Positions 37,291 to 49,872 of a stretch of 64,000 nucleotides of DNA are shown piece after piece (position 1 is the first letter of the stretch; each line of letters begins with the position of its first letter). This DNA comes from Raja brachyura (Eukaryota), in contig OY740807.1 of assembly GCA_963514005.1 (NCBI GenBank), positions 30,194,001-30,258,000 on the forward strand. Reading direction: 5' to 3'. A model generated the notes under the pieces. It did no database searches. It saw nothing but the letters and a program-made list of their open reading frames with translations, and was not told where the DNA came from. The position numbers and the translations under genes were made by a program.

Positions 37291-40200
37291 GTAAGAACTC
37301 CCTTGTCATAATGTTTGTTGTTCGTGCATGTGTGTGTATGTGTGTAAGAGAGAGTAAGATTCCTCTGATTTATCAAAAATAGTGCATGTGACATTTAAAT
37401 ACTTAATTATTTAACAAGATCTTACTGAAATATTAAAGGACAGTTTTCTCAGTAATTACTATGGACAAGCTGGGATTGTCCTCCTTAGAGCTGAAAATAA
37501 ATGGAGATTTGATCTTTTTCAAAACATGAAGAATTTCACTGCCATAAGTAAGGACAAGTAGTCTGAAATGTCGGCTGAGAGGTCGATACCCAGAGTACAG
37601 ATTTAAAATTTACGATGACTGGAAAAGATTCAGTGATCAATTTTGAAAATGTTGATTGGTTCAGGTGTGGAATCCATTTTCTGAAAGATTTTTTTCAAGA
37701 TGGACTCAGGAGTAGCCTTGAAATGGAATTCTATTCAAATGAAGAATTGCAGGGAAGTGGAAATAAAGGTGGGTAGTGGGATAAATGGAGTTGGAGCAGA
37801 ATAGAACACCCCTTTCCTTTGCTCGTCTATCATTCAATAGTCCTAGTATTAGTCAGCCATGTTAGTTGTGCTGGATGGTTACAGCTGGTGTGGTCAGATT
37901 GTACTGACACTAAAAAGAATTTTAATAAGCCTGCGGCAGTCCGGTCCAAAAGGACCTTCATTTGAAAATCCACGAAGCCACACGGAGCAAAATCACGAGA
38001 GGGTGAATCTGCAGTCATGGGGAGAGATGGGGTTCAGATAGATGGTTACTTGAAGAGTTGGGTGCACAGATATTGGGAACTATCTGGATATATCTAAATA
38101 TTGCAGCTAGCTTTGAAGAACTGTAATTGGGTGTCCTTTGTTGTGGAGGGGATGTGGGCTCTGAATCTCAATTCCAGAAGAAAAACCGGATACCAAGTGA
38201 AAGAAGTGGTCTGTCAAATCTCTCGTGATCAGGGAGCTGGAGACTGGGCATAAAGGTTGGGATTGATGGTGGTGTGAGTGGAGGGTGGCGCTTGGTGGAT
38301 GGGCTATTGATAGCTGCGTTTTGCTTAATCTATAATTAAATGAATTAGGGGGTCATCCAAGACTGCAACCTGACACATCAAGTCAGTGAGTAGTGTTGGA
38401 AAAATATAACTTGGTGTTGTTAGCCCAAATGTGGATGTTGACTTGGGCCTTCAGATGATGCTGATGCAGAAGAGGAGTAGCAGGTGACCAAGAGAAGATT
38501 TGTGTGGAAGCTCAGAAGTAATTTTGTGGAAAGATCCCATTGCCATTGATGTTTTGACTATCATTGAGTTTGATTGGTAGACTAAGAGAAAGCAGTCAGG
38601 TTGATCAGGGGTGCAGATGGAAAGAATAGGACGAGGATACAGTGATCAATAAAGTCAAAGCCAAAGTTACAGGGAGAATGTGCAAACTCCACAAAGACAG
38701 CACCAGAGGTCAGAATTTAACCTGGAACATTGGAGCAATTAGGCAGATCTACCACTTTTAGTGTCACTGCATTACTTTGGTTTGTAACAGTGAAATTGTG
38801 CCAGTCAAACATAAATGCACTATTTTTCTTAAGTCCAGATAGTTAGGATCATCCTGTGTAACATTGAGACTTTCTGATTGATTTCCTGATCGTATTGGCC
38901 CAGATTTAATACTGTAACGTTAATAATGACTAAAATTATGCTTGAGTGATTCCTAGGTACTCTTTAGGTCTTCAAGTGATTTATCTGATCAGGAGATTAT
39001 TCTGCGCTGTATCAACGTGCAAATTGTTACTGATGATAAGTGCTGCAGTGTTCCACACAGATGGGATTGACACTGAAGGGGGTGGGGGGGGGGGGGGGGG
39101 GGGGATGAAGAAGGGCAAACAGATGAGAGGTAGCCATGTTTTATATTCCCAGAGATTACCTCATACTATCTGGGACAAAATGCCCAGTTCCCTCCCATCT
39201 ATCAGAGGAGGCAAGTAGTACTGGGAGTCCAATGACCCAGTTACGTATCGTTGGTCAAGGAAAAGAGCTGTGATATAGCTTTGTGGGAAGTAAAGGACCT
39301 ACGGAGTAAAATCCATCCTTATAGCCAGCATGCTGTCATTATTATATTAAATAATCTAGTTAATGGGATTTATTAATTAAAGTTATTTTGATTCAATTAT
39401 TTGGTGTCTGTCAACCCAACTCTGGGTTCCACTTGATTTTTTTAACCTGAATTTACTGAAATCAATAATTAGAAGTTCCCAATAATTAGGAGTTTATCTA
39501 AACCAATAATTAGGAGTTACCAATAATTAGGAATTTTTAAAAACCTGAATTTATCAAAACCAAGGATGGAATCTGCCTGAGCAAAGTGTAAATGTCTTGA
39601 AAATATGAATTCAGGTTAAAGAATGATATTAAACCCTTGGTGATCCGTTAATATATTAAAGAGATTTATTTTAAGAAGGACTCTTGTTAAAGCAATAGTT
39701 TGCTCAAGTTTTCATTTGATTCTTTGCAGGAAATAGTTTCCAGAAGTTGTGAAGGAAATGGAGATTGAGGTTTCAAATATTTACCATTTTGTGAATTGAA
39801 GTCATTTGTTATATTACAAATTTCTGACAAATAAGGACTGAGTAATTTGGTACAGTGGCCTGTTGTATGTATAACAGCTTTGTCATAATTATTTATATAC
39901 CTCGCAGGCAAACATATTTGATGGCGGTATTTGAAGAGTTTGGCTCTGCAAAAAAGTAATTTGCTTAGGAATATAATTGCGTTATACACCCATAATGATA
40001 TGAGCAGGTGTAAACTGATACAGGATGATGGAGTGCAATTGGCTGTGTTTCTAGTTGGTAAGATCGTACCTAGAGCAACTTTTCTGATACTTGATTGCAT
40101 TGTTATGACTTTTAATGTACTTCCAGATAAAAGTACAGTAAATTAATTGGAACACTGATGATTCAGATTGTATGGTTATGCCCTCTTTGAAATTTCCCAC

Positions 40201-40816
40201 TTCTCACATCAGAGATAGGCTATATATTAAGTCCCTCCAGAGCAAAAAGGCCATTAAAATCAGCGGGGAGTGAGATCTGGTCTTTCAGAAAATGATTACT
40301 TAAAGCTATTTTCTTTGATTGCTGCAACCTGACTATGGAGAATAGTAAGATTGAACGAGAACTTACCAGTTCGAAGGTTGATCTTTATTTTATGAGGAGT
40401 CGAAGTGAGGGATTTCGTGAAGAGCCCGCCGGCGCGCATGCTCGACATACTTCAAAGTAGCGGCGTGGAATCACAGAAACCAACAAAGAAATGACATCGC
40501 ATAGTAAGATTGAAGTGACTAAGATTACCAGATGAAGGTGATTGAGGGTTGGGCGAGGAGGGCACGAAATCCCTCACTTCGACTCCTCATAAAATAAAGA
40601 TCAACCTTCGAACTGGTAAGTTCTCGTTCAATCTTACTATTTCATTTCGGAGTCACGTGAGTGACTTCGTGAAGACTTCAAAGCTTCTGTGATTACACGC
40701 CCTGGACCACGTCCATGCTGACACACCACTACCAGGGATGGATGGGAGGAACAAACTTGCTCAATAGTTCATACTGCAAAACAAGAGCAGAGTTATTAAC
40801 AACAAAACAAAACCCC

Positions 40817-41895
40817 TCATGCGGGGACATCTCCACGTTCGTGACCTGCATTCAGCACGGCTTCTGCGAACTGTAGAGGAGCAGCAACAGGCTTGTTATA
40901 AAAACGCTGGAACACAGCTTCATTAGCCCATCCTGCTGTGGCGAGAATTTGGTCCATGGGCACCTCCATGACCCTCGCCCTTGACGTCGATGCAGCCCTG
41001 GTGGAAAGAGACTTGAACACATTAGTGTCGATACCTGACTTACCCAAGACGACTGGAAGCCACATGGATATCGTCTGGACTGTCACTCGATGATGAGGTC
41101 TCTTGTGAGTGACAAGCAGGTATCTCTCCATTCCTCTGATGCGTGCCGTCACTTTGACATAGTGGCGGATATGTGAGACTAAACATAGCCTAGCATCTGC
41201 GGGGTATGCCGGGAACTTCAGCTGCAGCCCTGTGCACCCAGGTCTATGCTGCTTTAGTAGCTCGTCAACGAAAAAGACTACTTCTGTAGGGGTAGCTGTC
41301 ATTCTGTCGACACGCAGTTTGTGTAGTGTCTGTACCCTCTGAGCTGAAGTCAGCGCTAGTAACATCACCAGCTTCATGGTGAGTTGGTCCAGTTGGAGCC
41401 CTTCCATGGGAGACCACGTCCTGAGCAGGGTTAATACGTCCCTGACATCCCAGGTGATATTATAGCGTGGTGTAGGCGGATTCATATTGAATATACCCCG
41501 CATGAGTCTGGACACTAGCCTGTTGGATCCTACCTCCAACTGAGGTAGAACGATAGCGCACTTCTGGCGCTGTTGATGGCACTGTAACTTAAGTGTTCAT
41601 CATGGTGCAACCCCGCGAGGAATTCCAGGACGTCGGTTGTTGTCACGTCATCGTACGTGATGCGAGAGCGGCTGCAGTAGGCTTCCCACTTCTTAATATG
41701 CGAGCGGTATCTTCGCCTTGTAGACTCTCGACACAACGCCCCGGTGGTATCCATGGTCCGAGCCGAGAGGCCGTATTGGACTAACGGCCTGTTCAGAACC
41801 TGCAAGCCAACAAATTTAAATAGCCATGGCAGGGATGCGGCTCCCCTGAGACAGGGTGAGTAACCAATTGTGGGCAACCCTTCAAAAGGACCCAA
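40817..41895 (-). pseudogene. DIRS tyrosine recombinase, frameshifted
   Basis: ORF 41530-41895 (LEFLAGL...LSYSAINSARSALS, N-terminal domain) plus ORF 40817-41539 (LLALTSAQRVQTL, FKSLSTRAASTS, ILATAGW...FQRFYNKP). Split near 41535. The HxxR His codon reads CTT (Leu). Confidence 0.88.
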
Positions 41896-42476
41896 GGTTC
41901 GTTGAGCATGTCAAAGACCACCGGATACCAAGGCTGTGTGGGCCAGTCGGGTATAATAAGGATGCCCTTGGCAGCCTTCTGTCACATTTCTGGACGGATA
42001 CGGAATAATATGCGTCTTTTAAATCGATGCATGCCATAAAGCAACCATGAGAAATCAATGATTTGGTTGTTTCAACGTATCCATTTTAAAATGAGAATAT
42101 GTTACAAAAGTATTCAAACAGGTTAGATCAATAATGACACGACAACTTCCATCCTTCTTAGGTCTGGTGAATATGTTCGAAACAAATTCAACTGGTTCAT
42201 GCACCACTCTCTTAATCACTCCTTTGCTCAAGACTTAACAATTCCTTATAGCCGGCTGCCTGTTCTGCAGCAGATAATTTTAAATGTTCGAGCGGGCATG
42301 TGCTGGGATGGAGGAATGTCGCCATTAATAAACTCAATTTTATGCCCCTGAATATTCTGCAACACATACTCGTCACCAGTGAAATTACCTCATGCACCCA
42401 AAAACCACCGAATGTGACCACCAACATGTGAAGTTAAACAGAGAGAAAAGAGAGAACCAGACCCCCTCACCTCCGT
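41795..42476 (-). pseudogene. DIRS pol remnant (RT N-terminus fused to methyltransferase C-terminus)
   Basis: Manual minus-strand translation gives VGGHIRWFLGA*...IQGHKIEF, FVSNIFTRPKKDGSCRVIIDL, HFKMDTL and CIDLKDAYYSV. It then jumps near 41975 to GILIIPDWPTQPWYP. Confidence 0.82.
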
Positions 42477-42478
42477 GG

Positions 42479-44218
42479 TTACCGGCGGTCCTTGACACGC
42501 GTGTGTGGACGTGGAGGTGCTGGGTTGGCTTGAGGGCGCGGCGTCTTCGTTTTCCACCAGGGTCTCTGCCGACCCTGTCCTAAAAAAGACCCCTGGTGCT
42601 GGGTCTGATGTTGCTGTCGTTGTGGAGCTTGAGGGTGGGTCCTCGTCGAGGTACTGGCAGACCCTCGTGATCGAATGTATGGAGACTTTGAGCCTGACGG
42701 TGTGGGGGCACTCTGAGGGCGCATGATCCCCACCGTTTTGGCTTGCTCGTCAAGCTCTTTGACTCTCTTCGAGAGGTCCTTCCCAAAGAGCTGACGGGGC
42801 GGGGGCGGCGGCGGTGGTTTGCACACTCCTGCAAACTTTGGATTGAGCGCTGGGCGGATGCTGGTTTTGCGAAACCCGTTAATTTCGTGCTGGGTCGCGC
42901 ACAGGAGGGCCAGGGCATCTCCCTGGTCCAAATTCAATTCGTCCCCGTCCACCGACCGCACAAAGGCGGTAATACCGGCCGTGAGGAGCTTCAGGATCCG
43001 CTGCAGTTTTACCTCCTGTTGACGGATAGCCGCACTGATGTTGCCCCATATCGGCGTATTGACCACAGGCACGTTGAGGGAGTTGCAATTGGATGGAGCC
43101 TTGTGCCGGCTCATAGCCTGGATGAGGACTTCTTCCTGCAGCACCTGATTATTAAGAAAGTTCACTGTGGCTGCCAGCTTTGTATTTAGAGGAAGACCAG
43201 CCGTATGTGAGGCCGCGAATTTGGTCGCCACATCCAAGAGTTCTTCCGCTGGCACCTCCAACGGAGTTGGTACGGGATCCACCAGAACCTCCTCCTCCTG
43301 CTGCTCCAGGCTGATAGTAGATGTTGGTGAAGACGCCCTGTGCCTGTTGCTGCCCTGCTGTTGTTGACGTTGAAGCAGGAGCTCCAGCAGCCGCTCCATA
43401 CGGTCAATACGCCCTTCACCCTGAACACTCAGGTGGTCGGAGTCCTCCGGCTCTGAAAAGAAAACCGGGCTCCTGTCATCGGCCCGCACCTCGTCGAGGC
43501 CCTGCCGGTGCCGGTAGTTGTCGCTAACAGCCGCCGAGGCGAAACTGCGCGATTCCTGCGCGGGCGTGTTCAATCGCCTCCGTTTAGCGAGAGCTGAAGC
43601 CGCTGCCACTAAGGGCACTTGCGGCGAGGTGTCGGCACCAGCCGAAGCATGGCTGCCTGGGGCCCGCGCAGTCTTGCCGGCTGCCCACATCGTGGACGTT
43701 GCCGACGCATGGTCTCGCCCACCCATCCATGGGGGGCTCGGCGACCGTGACGAGACCCGACTCGACCGACCCGTCCCGGCGTCGAGAGTCGGGGTGTGCC
43801 GGCTGGACCTCACAGCCGCCCCGCGTCTCGCCCTGGAACCTGACCGCTCCTCCGCGATAGGCAATGCCTTAGCCCTAACAGGGTTAGGCTTCTGGGCTCC
43901 TGCCCTCCCCCTTCTCGGAGGGCTGAGTGGAACAGACCGTGCAACGGCACGTGCCCTGCTCGAGGTCGCCAGCGAGCCCGCTGACGACCTGACTGCCATG
44001 GCAGGGTCCCCCTGCTCTGGCGGCACACCACACTCCTCCTCGTCGAACTCCTCCGAGCTGTGGTGTGCTGGCGGACCTGGACCTGTAATCACAGGGCTTA
44101 CCCACATCTCCGCCTGAGTCCCGGCCTGCGCTGCAGGTATTGCCAATGGTAAAGGCCCCGGAACTGTTGACCGGCGAACTCGTCCTGACGTCCTCCGGCC
44201 CTTGGAACTCCCATCCAT
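42479..44218 (-). CDS. DIRS gag-like ORF1 (open, about 579 aa from first ATG)
   Basis: Long uninterrupted ORF just inside the left ITR. C-terminal half (PSNC.SLNVPVVN.PIW, FRKTSIRPALNPKFAGVC, LFGKDLSKRVKEL) resembles DIRS ORF1. Confidence 0.75.
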   Translation of the reverse strand: MDGSSKGRRTSGRVRRSTVPGPLPLAIPAAQAGTQAEMWVSPVITGPGPPAHHSSEEFDEEECGVPPEQGDPAMAVRSSAGSLATSSRARAVARSVPLSPPRRGRAGAQKPNPVRAKALPIAEERSGSRARRGAAVRSSRHTPTLDAGTGRSSRVSSRSPSPPWMGGRDHASATSTMWAAGKTARAPGSHASAGADTSPQVPLVAAASALAKRRRLNTPAQESRSFASAAVSDNYRHRQGLDEVRADDRSPVFFSEPEDSDHLSVQGEGRIDRMERLLELLLQRQQQQGSNRHRASSPTSTISLEQQEEEVLVDPVPTPLEVPAEELLDVATKFAASHTAGLPLNTKLAATVNFLNNQVLQEEVLIQAMSRHKAPSNCNSLNVPVVNTPIWGNISAAIRQQEVKLQRILKLLTAGITAFVRSVDGDELNLDQGDALALLCATQHEINGFRKTSIRPALNPKFAGVCKPPPPPPPRQLFGKDLSKRVKELDEQAKTVGIMRPQSAPTPSGSKSPYIRSRGSASTSTRTHPQAPQRQQHQTQHQGSFLGQGRQRPWWKTKTPRPQANPAPPRPHTRVKDRR

Positions 44219-44674
44219 GTCCTTGCTGCAAGACAAAACCAACAACAAGGACCACCAACTAAAGGTAGAATACTTACCTCCGTGGCCCCTTCTGAAGGGC
44301 TGGCGAGGAGCGCGCTCCACCGCCAGCCGTCGCAGCAACGCGGTACGACGATATGTCGAGCATGCGCGCCGGCGGGCTCTTCACGAAGTCACTCACGTGA
44401 CTCCGAAATGAAATGTGAATTGCAGAGGCAGTGTGCTCATGTCCTTTCTTGCCTATTCTGATCCAAGCACCAGAATCTACAAATGAATGGGGACAATGCC
44501 TGTTCAGGCAGTACTTTACTGCCTAGCAGTGACTGAGTTGCATTATGTGCTGGAAGATGAACTCCAGGTCACCTTGATGATTGTGCAAATGTATCCAACA
44601 GTTCACTGTTCATGTTCAAGTGTCTTTATTGGTTTCTTCATGAAAGAAGGCACCAACAGAAAGACTACAATCTT

Positions 44675-44959
44675 GCATGGTGTCACAGCGGTAGATTTGT
44701 TGCCTTAGAGCACCAGAGATCTGGGTTTGATCATGACTATGGGTGCTGTCTGTATGGAATTGATGCATTCTCCCTGTGACCGCATGGGTTTTCTCCAGGA
44801 GCTCCACTTTCCTACCACATTCCAAAGACGTACAGGTTTGTAGGTTAATTGACTTTGGTGTGCAGGATAGTGCTAGTGCATGGTGATCACTGGTTGGCAC
44901 AGACTCAATGTGCCGAAGGGCATGTTTCTGCGCTGTATCTCTAAATTAAACTAAACTAA
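44675..44959 (+). mobile_element. HE1-like V-SINE
   Basis: Full head-core-tail ending CTGTATCTCTAAATTAAACTAAACTAA. Confidence 0.8.
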
Positions 44960-47517
44960 TCCCTTCACATTTCTGAAATGACTATTCCAACATTTAAAAA
45001 ACAGACAGGTACATGGATTGGACAGGTTTGGAGGGATATGGACCAAACGCAGGCAGGTGGGATTAGTGTAGCTGGGACATATTGGCCAGTGTGGGCAAGT
45101 TGGGCTGAAGAGTCTGTTTGCACACTGTATAACTCTATGAATCTAAATCTGCAAGTATTGAGGCCCCAATGTTGTTATTGCAATGAACTGTATAACCAGG
45201 AAATTTCATTCCATTAATATCCAGGGATTAGCCAGATAGAATTAAATACTAGTTGGCTATTCCTTTGGAAGTGAGTCCCATTGCTTCAAGCTAGTATCCT
45301 TGGCGATATAATTACATTTTTAGCAGCAGTTCTATACACATCGGAATGGAAACACTTTAGCGGGCCAGTGGGCTCATGTGTTCATTGATGAGCAAGATGG
45401 TGGCTTGTTGAAGAGGACATCCAATGGCCATACAGATGAAGAATTATTGTCCAAGGGTCTCCAGGGTCATCATTGCACGCACCTCCAGTGTTCCCCAATT
45501 TTCCTGCCAGAGCCACAAGCAGAAAGGTCAATAAAAATGTGCTGAATATATTTCATAAGTTCAAGGAGTACAATTAGGCTATTTGGCCCATCAAGTTTAC
45601 TCCGCCAATCATTTGAGGCAGATCTATCTTTCCTTCTCAACCCCATTCTCCTGCCTTCGCCCCATAACCCCTGACACCCTAACTAGTCAAGAATCTGTCA
45701 ATCTCCGCCTTAACTTTGTCCATTAACTTGGCCTCCACAGCCGTCTGTGGCAATCAATTCTACAGATTCATCACCCTCTGTCTAAAAAAAATAATTTTCA
45801 TCTCCTTTCAAAAGGTCCGTCCATTTATTTTATGGCCTCTGGTCCCAGACTCCCCCACTAGTGAAAACATCCTCCATACATATTTCTGCTGAAAAGTGTT
45901 ATCTCTTCCTTTACCAATCTATTATCTCCATTGCCCTCGATGATTGTCTGCAGTAGAATTCAGGCTCTCCCTGTCCACATACACTGTTTCCTATTATGCG
46001 TACTGGAAGCTGGGGTAAAAAAAGCCTCAAATCTGTGCTATTTGAAAGAAAATGTTTGAGAGTCGTCCACCTTGTGTGAATATTCAACACTTTGGAGGCT
46101 TCTGCTCCTTGATACTTTGTACTTGCCACATTTAATAGTTGGCATGGAAATAGAACAGCCTGTTGACACATATACCAAGGCCACTAGTTGCAAAGTGCGC
46201 CGCAGTCTACCTCTTTGATGTTCAGAGTAAACAGCAAAGAAGAATAAAGAAGCTTTATAAAGCAAATTATTAAAATTAGAGCTGTGTATATGCACAGTTT
46301 CTCACAGCAACATTTTCTGCAGACCAAAAGACCTTGGCCGTTCCCTTGCAGATTCTGTCATTGTTTCAGGATTATGGAGCACCTCTCATCTACCCACTGC
46401 ATGCCTTTCCTCCAACGTTTCTTCCAAAGAAAATTACAAAATGCTGGAGTAACTGCGGCTCAGGCAGCAGCCCTGGAGAACACGGACAGGTGACGTTGCG
46501 GGTTCGGGTTGGGACCCTTCCTTAGATTTCCTCCAAAGAGTCTCATCCCTTGCCACGGTCTTAGTTTAGATTTGCTTATTGTCACAGGTGCCGAGATACC
46601 GTCAAAAACCTTTTGTTGCGCGCTAACCAGTCAGTGGAAAGACAATACATGATTAAAATTGAGCCATCCACTGTGTGCAGATACATGAAAAATGGGAATA
46701 ATGTGAATAATATTCAATGAAGAAATGCTAGGTACACAAAAATACTGGTGAAACTCAGCATCTATGGAGCGAAGGAAATAGGCAACGTTTCGGGCCAAAA
46801 CCCTTCTTCAGACTGGTGAATGCTGAAGAAATGCTGCTGTCGGAGTAGAGATTGAAAAGAATGGGGTGATTATAATGTGATTGCAGATCCACTTCTGTGG
46901 CTAACACACAAAGAGTTCGCGCCACCTTTCTTCCCGCAGGAGGGAGCAGAACTGACAAAGAATAAATGATGCACTTTAATCCCAGCCATTTGTTTCAACC
47001 ATTTCTGAAACATTTCTTTACAGTATCTGTCAGCACCGTAAGTGTTCCTGCCGCCGTAAATCTCACCGCAATCGTCGACGTTCCCCCAAAGACACCAATA
47101 ATTAAAGACGAAGAGCTTTGGCAGAATACTTCAGTGAATTGACCTCCTGAGCTCAGCTGGTTGCTGGCAGAGTGCCTGATCTGCCACCGTGCAAGGGGTG
47201 GCATCATTAATCCACCGTATCAGTGTAAAATCAATCAATGAAAAACACACAAGCCAATTTATTAACTGCTGATGCATGCTTCCGGCACACGCTGGAAGCA
47301 CGATCATCCACGTCAACTATTAAATAATGCAACTATTAGCTTCATTGAGCTGAAGTGAGTATGTCATCCCTTCTTACTGACCTCTCTTTCAAAGCACGGG
47401 AACACATAAAACCTCTTAAGGACAAATCAATGCTGGGAAGAGATGCTTCATGCAGAAATCTTGAGCAGTTTACCCACCTGCACAGTAATACATTATATGT
47501 AACAAGTCAATGGGAAG

Positions 47518-48035
47518 TAGGGTTGCCAACTGTCCCGTATTAGCCAGGACATCCCGTTTCTTGGGCTAAGTTGGTTTCTCCCATACGGGACCACCCTTGT
47601 CCTATATTTGACTGCTACCACTTAGGTCGAGGGGACTGATGGGTCGGAGCGCCGCGTCTGGCCCCGTCTCACCCGTCCCGATGTAGTGCAGCCCTTGGAG
47701 TGCAGCAGCAGCGCCTCGCCCGTGGCCCCGTCGGTCGGCAGCCCGGCCAGCTGTCCGACCTTCGGACCTTCGCTTATCTCCGACACCACCACTCATCCTT
47801 CTCATGGCCGATTATCGGTTCATGAGCTGGATGGGGCGCCGGACTTGCGTGCGACGCCGTGTGAGCCAAAACCCCTCAGCTGGCCCGCCGGCTGGGCTTT
47901 GTGTGCAGTCCAGCACCCGGGCCAACCCATCATTCACCCAGCCACTGCCGAGTCGGTCAACGAATTGCCGTCGGGAATTTGTCCCGTATTTTACCTTTTA
48001 TCCCTTATTTGGGAGTGAGAAAGTTGGCAACCCCA
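47518..48035. mobile_element. hAT (Blackjack-like) MITE
   Basis: TIR TAGGGTTGCCAACT / AGTTGGCAACCCCA. 8-bp TSD ATGGGAAG at 47510-47517 and 48036-48043. Subterminal GTCCCGTATT repeats. Confidence 0.85.
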
Positions 48036-49872
48036 ATGGGAAGGAACTGCGGATGCTGGTTTAAACCGCAGATAGACATTAAAAAAACAGGAGTAACTCA
48101 ACAAGGCAGGCAGCATCTCTGGAGAGAAGGAATGAATGCCGTTCAGAAAAAGGGACTCGGAACATCGCCCATTCCTTCTGTCGAGAGATGCTGCCTGTCC
48201 CGCTGAGTTACTCCAGCTTTTAATGTCTTTCATAAAGCCCCTGTGGAATGGCCTGAACTTAAACAGATCAGTATGTGCAGTCAGAATCTAAATTGCATAT
48301 TTAATGGATGATATACCAATTTACTATTTTTCAAGTGCTAAGCGTCCCATACTAAAGTTTACCAAAATCTAAAGATCAATGAACATATTTGGCCTCCTAT
48401 CCAGATGCAACATTTTTGCTAGCAAACTCAAAGGAACAAATATTAGAATTGTGTTGCCATGCTTCATAACGGTTAATAATTACTAATAGATAGACACAAA
48501 GTGTTGGAGTAACTCAGCGGGTCAGGCAGCATTTCAGGAGAAAAAGGATGGATGATTTTACGGATTGGGACCCTTCTTCAGACTGGAAATGGAAGTGAGG
48601 GAACTGGAGGAAAGCAAAGGCCAGAACATAAAAACATAGAAAAATAGGTGCAGGAGTAGGCCATTCGGCCCTTCGAGCCTGCACCGCCATTCAATGTGAT
48701 CATGGCTGATCATCCAACTCAGTATCCCGTACCTGCCTTCTCTCCATACCCCCTGATCCCTTTAGCCACAAGTGCCACATCTAACGCCCTCTTAAATACA
48801 GCAAAAAATATAGAACAATGCAGGGCTGGCAACAGTTGAACAAGGAAGGATGGAGTCCATAATGGCTTATTGTTGGCTGGGAAAGAGATGATTATAATTA
48901 CTAATAGATCAGTTTTTAATACTGATCCAGCATAACTGATGTGTTTCTTTCAGACGTTTATGGTGCGACTATGTTGGTCAAGGGAGGCAGTATGTTCAGG
49001 CTAAGCTGCATTTGTCCATACAGAGCCGTAACTGACACTAAAATGGCCTACAGAATACCATGGCATTGACCTAGTCCATAACATTATATTGAAGGAAGAC
49101 ACAAAATGCTGGAGAAACTCAGCGGGGCAGGCAGCATCTCTGAAGAACATGGATAGATGTCGTTTTGGGTCGGGACCTTTCCTCAGACTGATTGTGGGGG
49201 AGTGGACCCTCTTCTCTTCTAGCTTTCTTCCCACCCTCCCCTACAATCAGTCTGAAGAAGTGTGGCTACCAGGAACAATACTCTGTGTTCTGTGTTCTCC
49301 AGAAATGCTGCCTGACCCGCTGAGTTACTCTGTGTTGCACTTCAACATCTTCTCCTTAACAAAGGATTTTATTTGGTAATAATAAAATAGCACATAATAA
49401 ATAAACCGCTTGGGGAACAGTCCTGACCCGAGGTATCATCTATCTATGTTCTCCAGAGATGCTGCCTAGCTGCTGGGCTGCACAAGTACTTTGTGTCCTG
49501 AACAGTTATTTAACTCCAGTCTGGGATGACGTAAGACTTGCCACAAAATCTTGAGGTGATGATGTTCCTATACATCTCCTGCCCTGTTCTTTCAGACGTT
49601 AATGGTGTTAGCTTGTGTTAGGTTTAGAAAATGTGATTAAAGTAACCTTGGTGCAGCAGTGTACTTAATAAGGAGTTGATAGTGGAGTTTTTGCTTTTAT
49701 GTGCTTGGCTGAAGTAGTTTGGTATCTTTTTTCTATCACCCTCTGTGCCAATAAACCTGACATCTTGCGCATTAATGAAGAATTAAAGAACAATGATTCA
49801 TTGGCTTTCTGATTATGTGGACAATCACTTTTTCTGTGTTCCATGGGAAAGGCAATTTGTGCTGAAGAGTTA

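Larger units (their letters stand above)
40341..44414 (-). mobile_element. DIRS-type tyrosine-recombinase retrotransposon, internally deleted
   Basis: ITR 40414-40449 / 44352-44387. Internal complementary region 40563-40675 pairs with both termini. Order is gag-like ORF, RT and methyltransferase remnants, then YR. AAT at both ends. Confidence 0.93.

Noticed and set aside
39440-39620. Short repeats CCAATAATTAGGA x3 with inverted AACCTGAATT motifs
   Set aside because: Possibly a decayed MITE or local duplication, but the ends and TSD could not be defined.
40817-41539. Phage integrase, prophage or bacterial contamination
   Set aside because: The tyrosine recombinase sits with RT and methyltransferase remnants inside ITR/ICR termini, which identifies a eukaryotic DIRS element.
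43518-44117. 199-aa plus-strand ORF and other ORFs overlapping DIRS ORF1
   Set aside because: Antisense shadows of a GC-rich ORF with no recognisable motifs.
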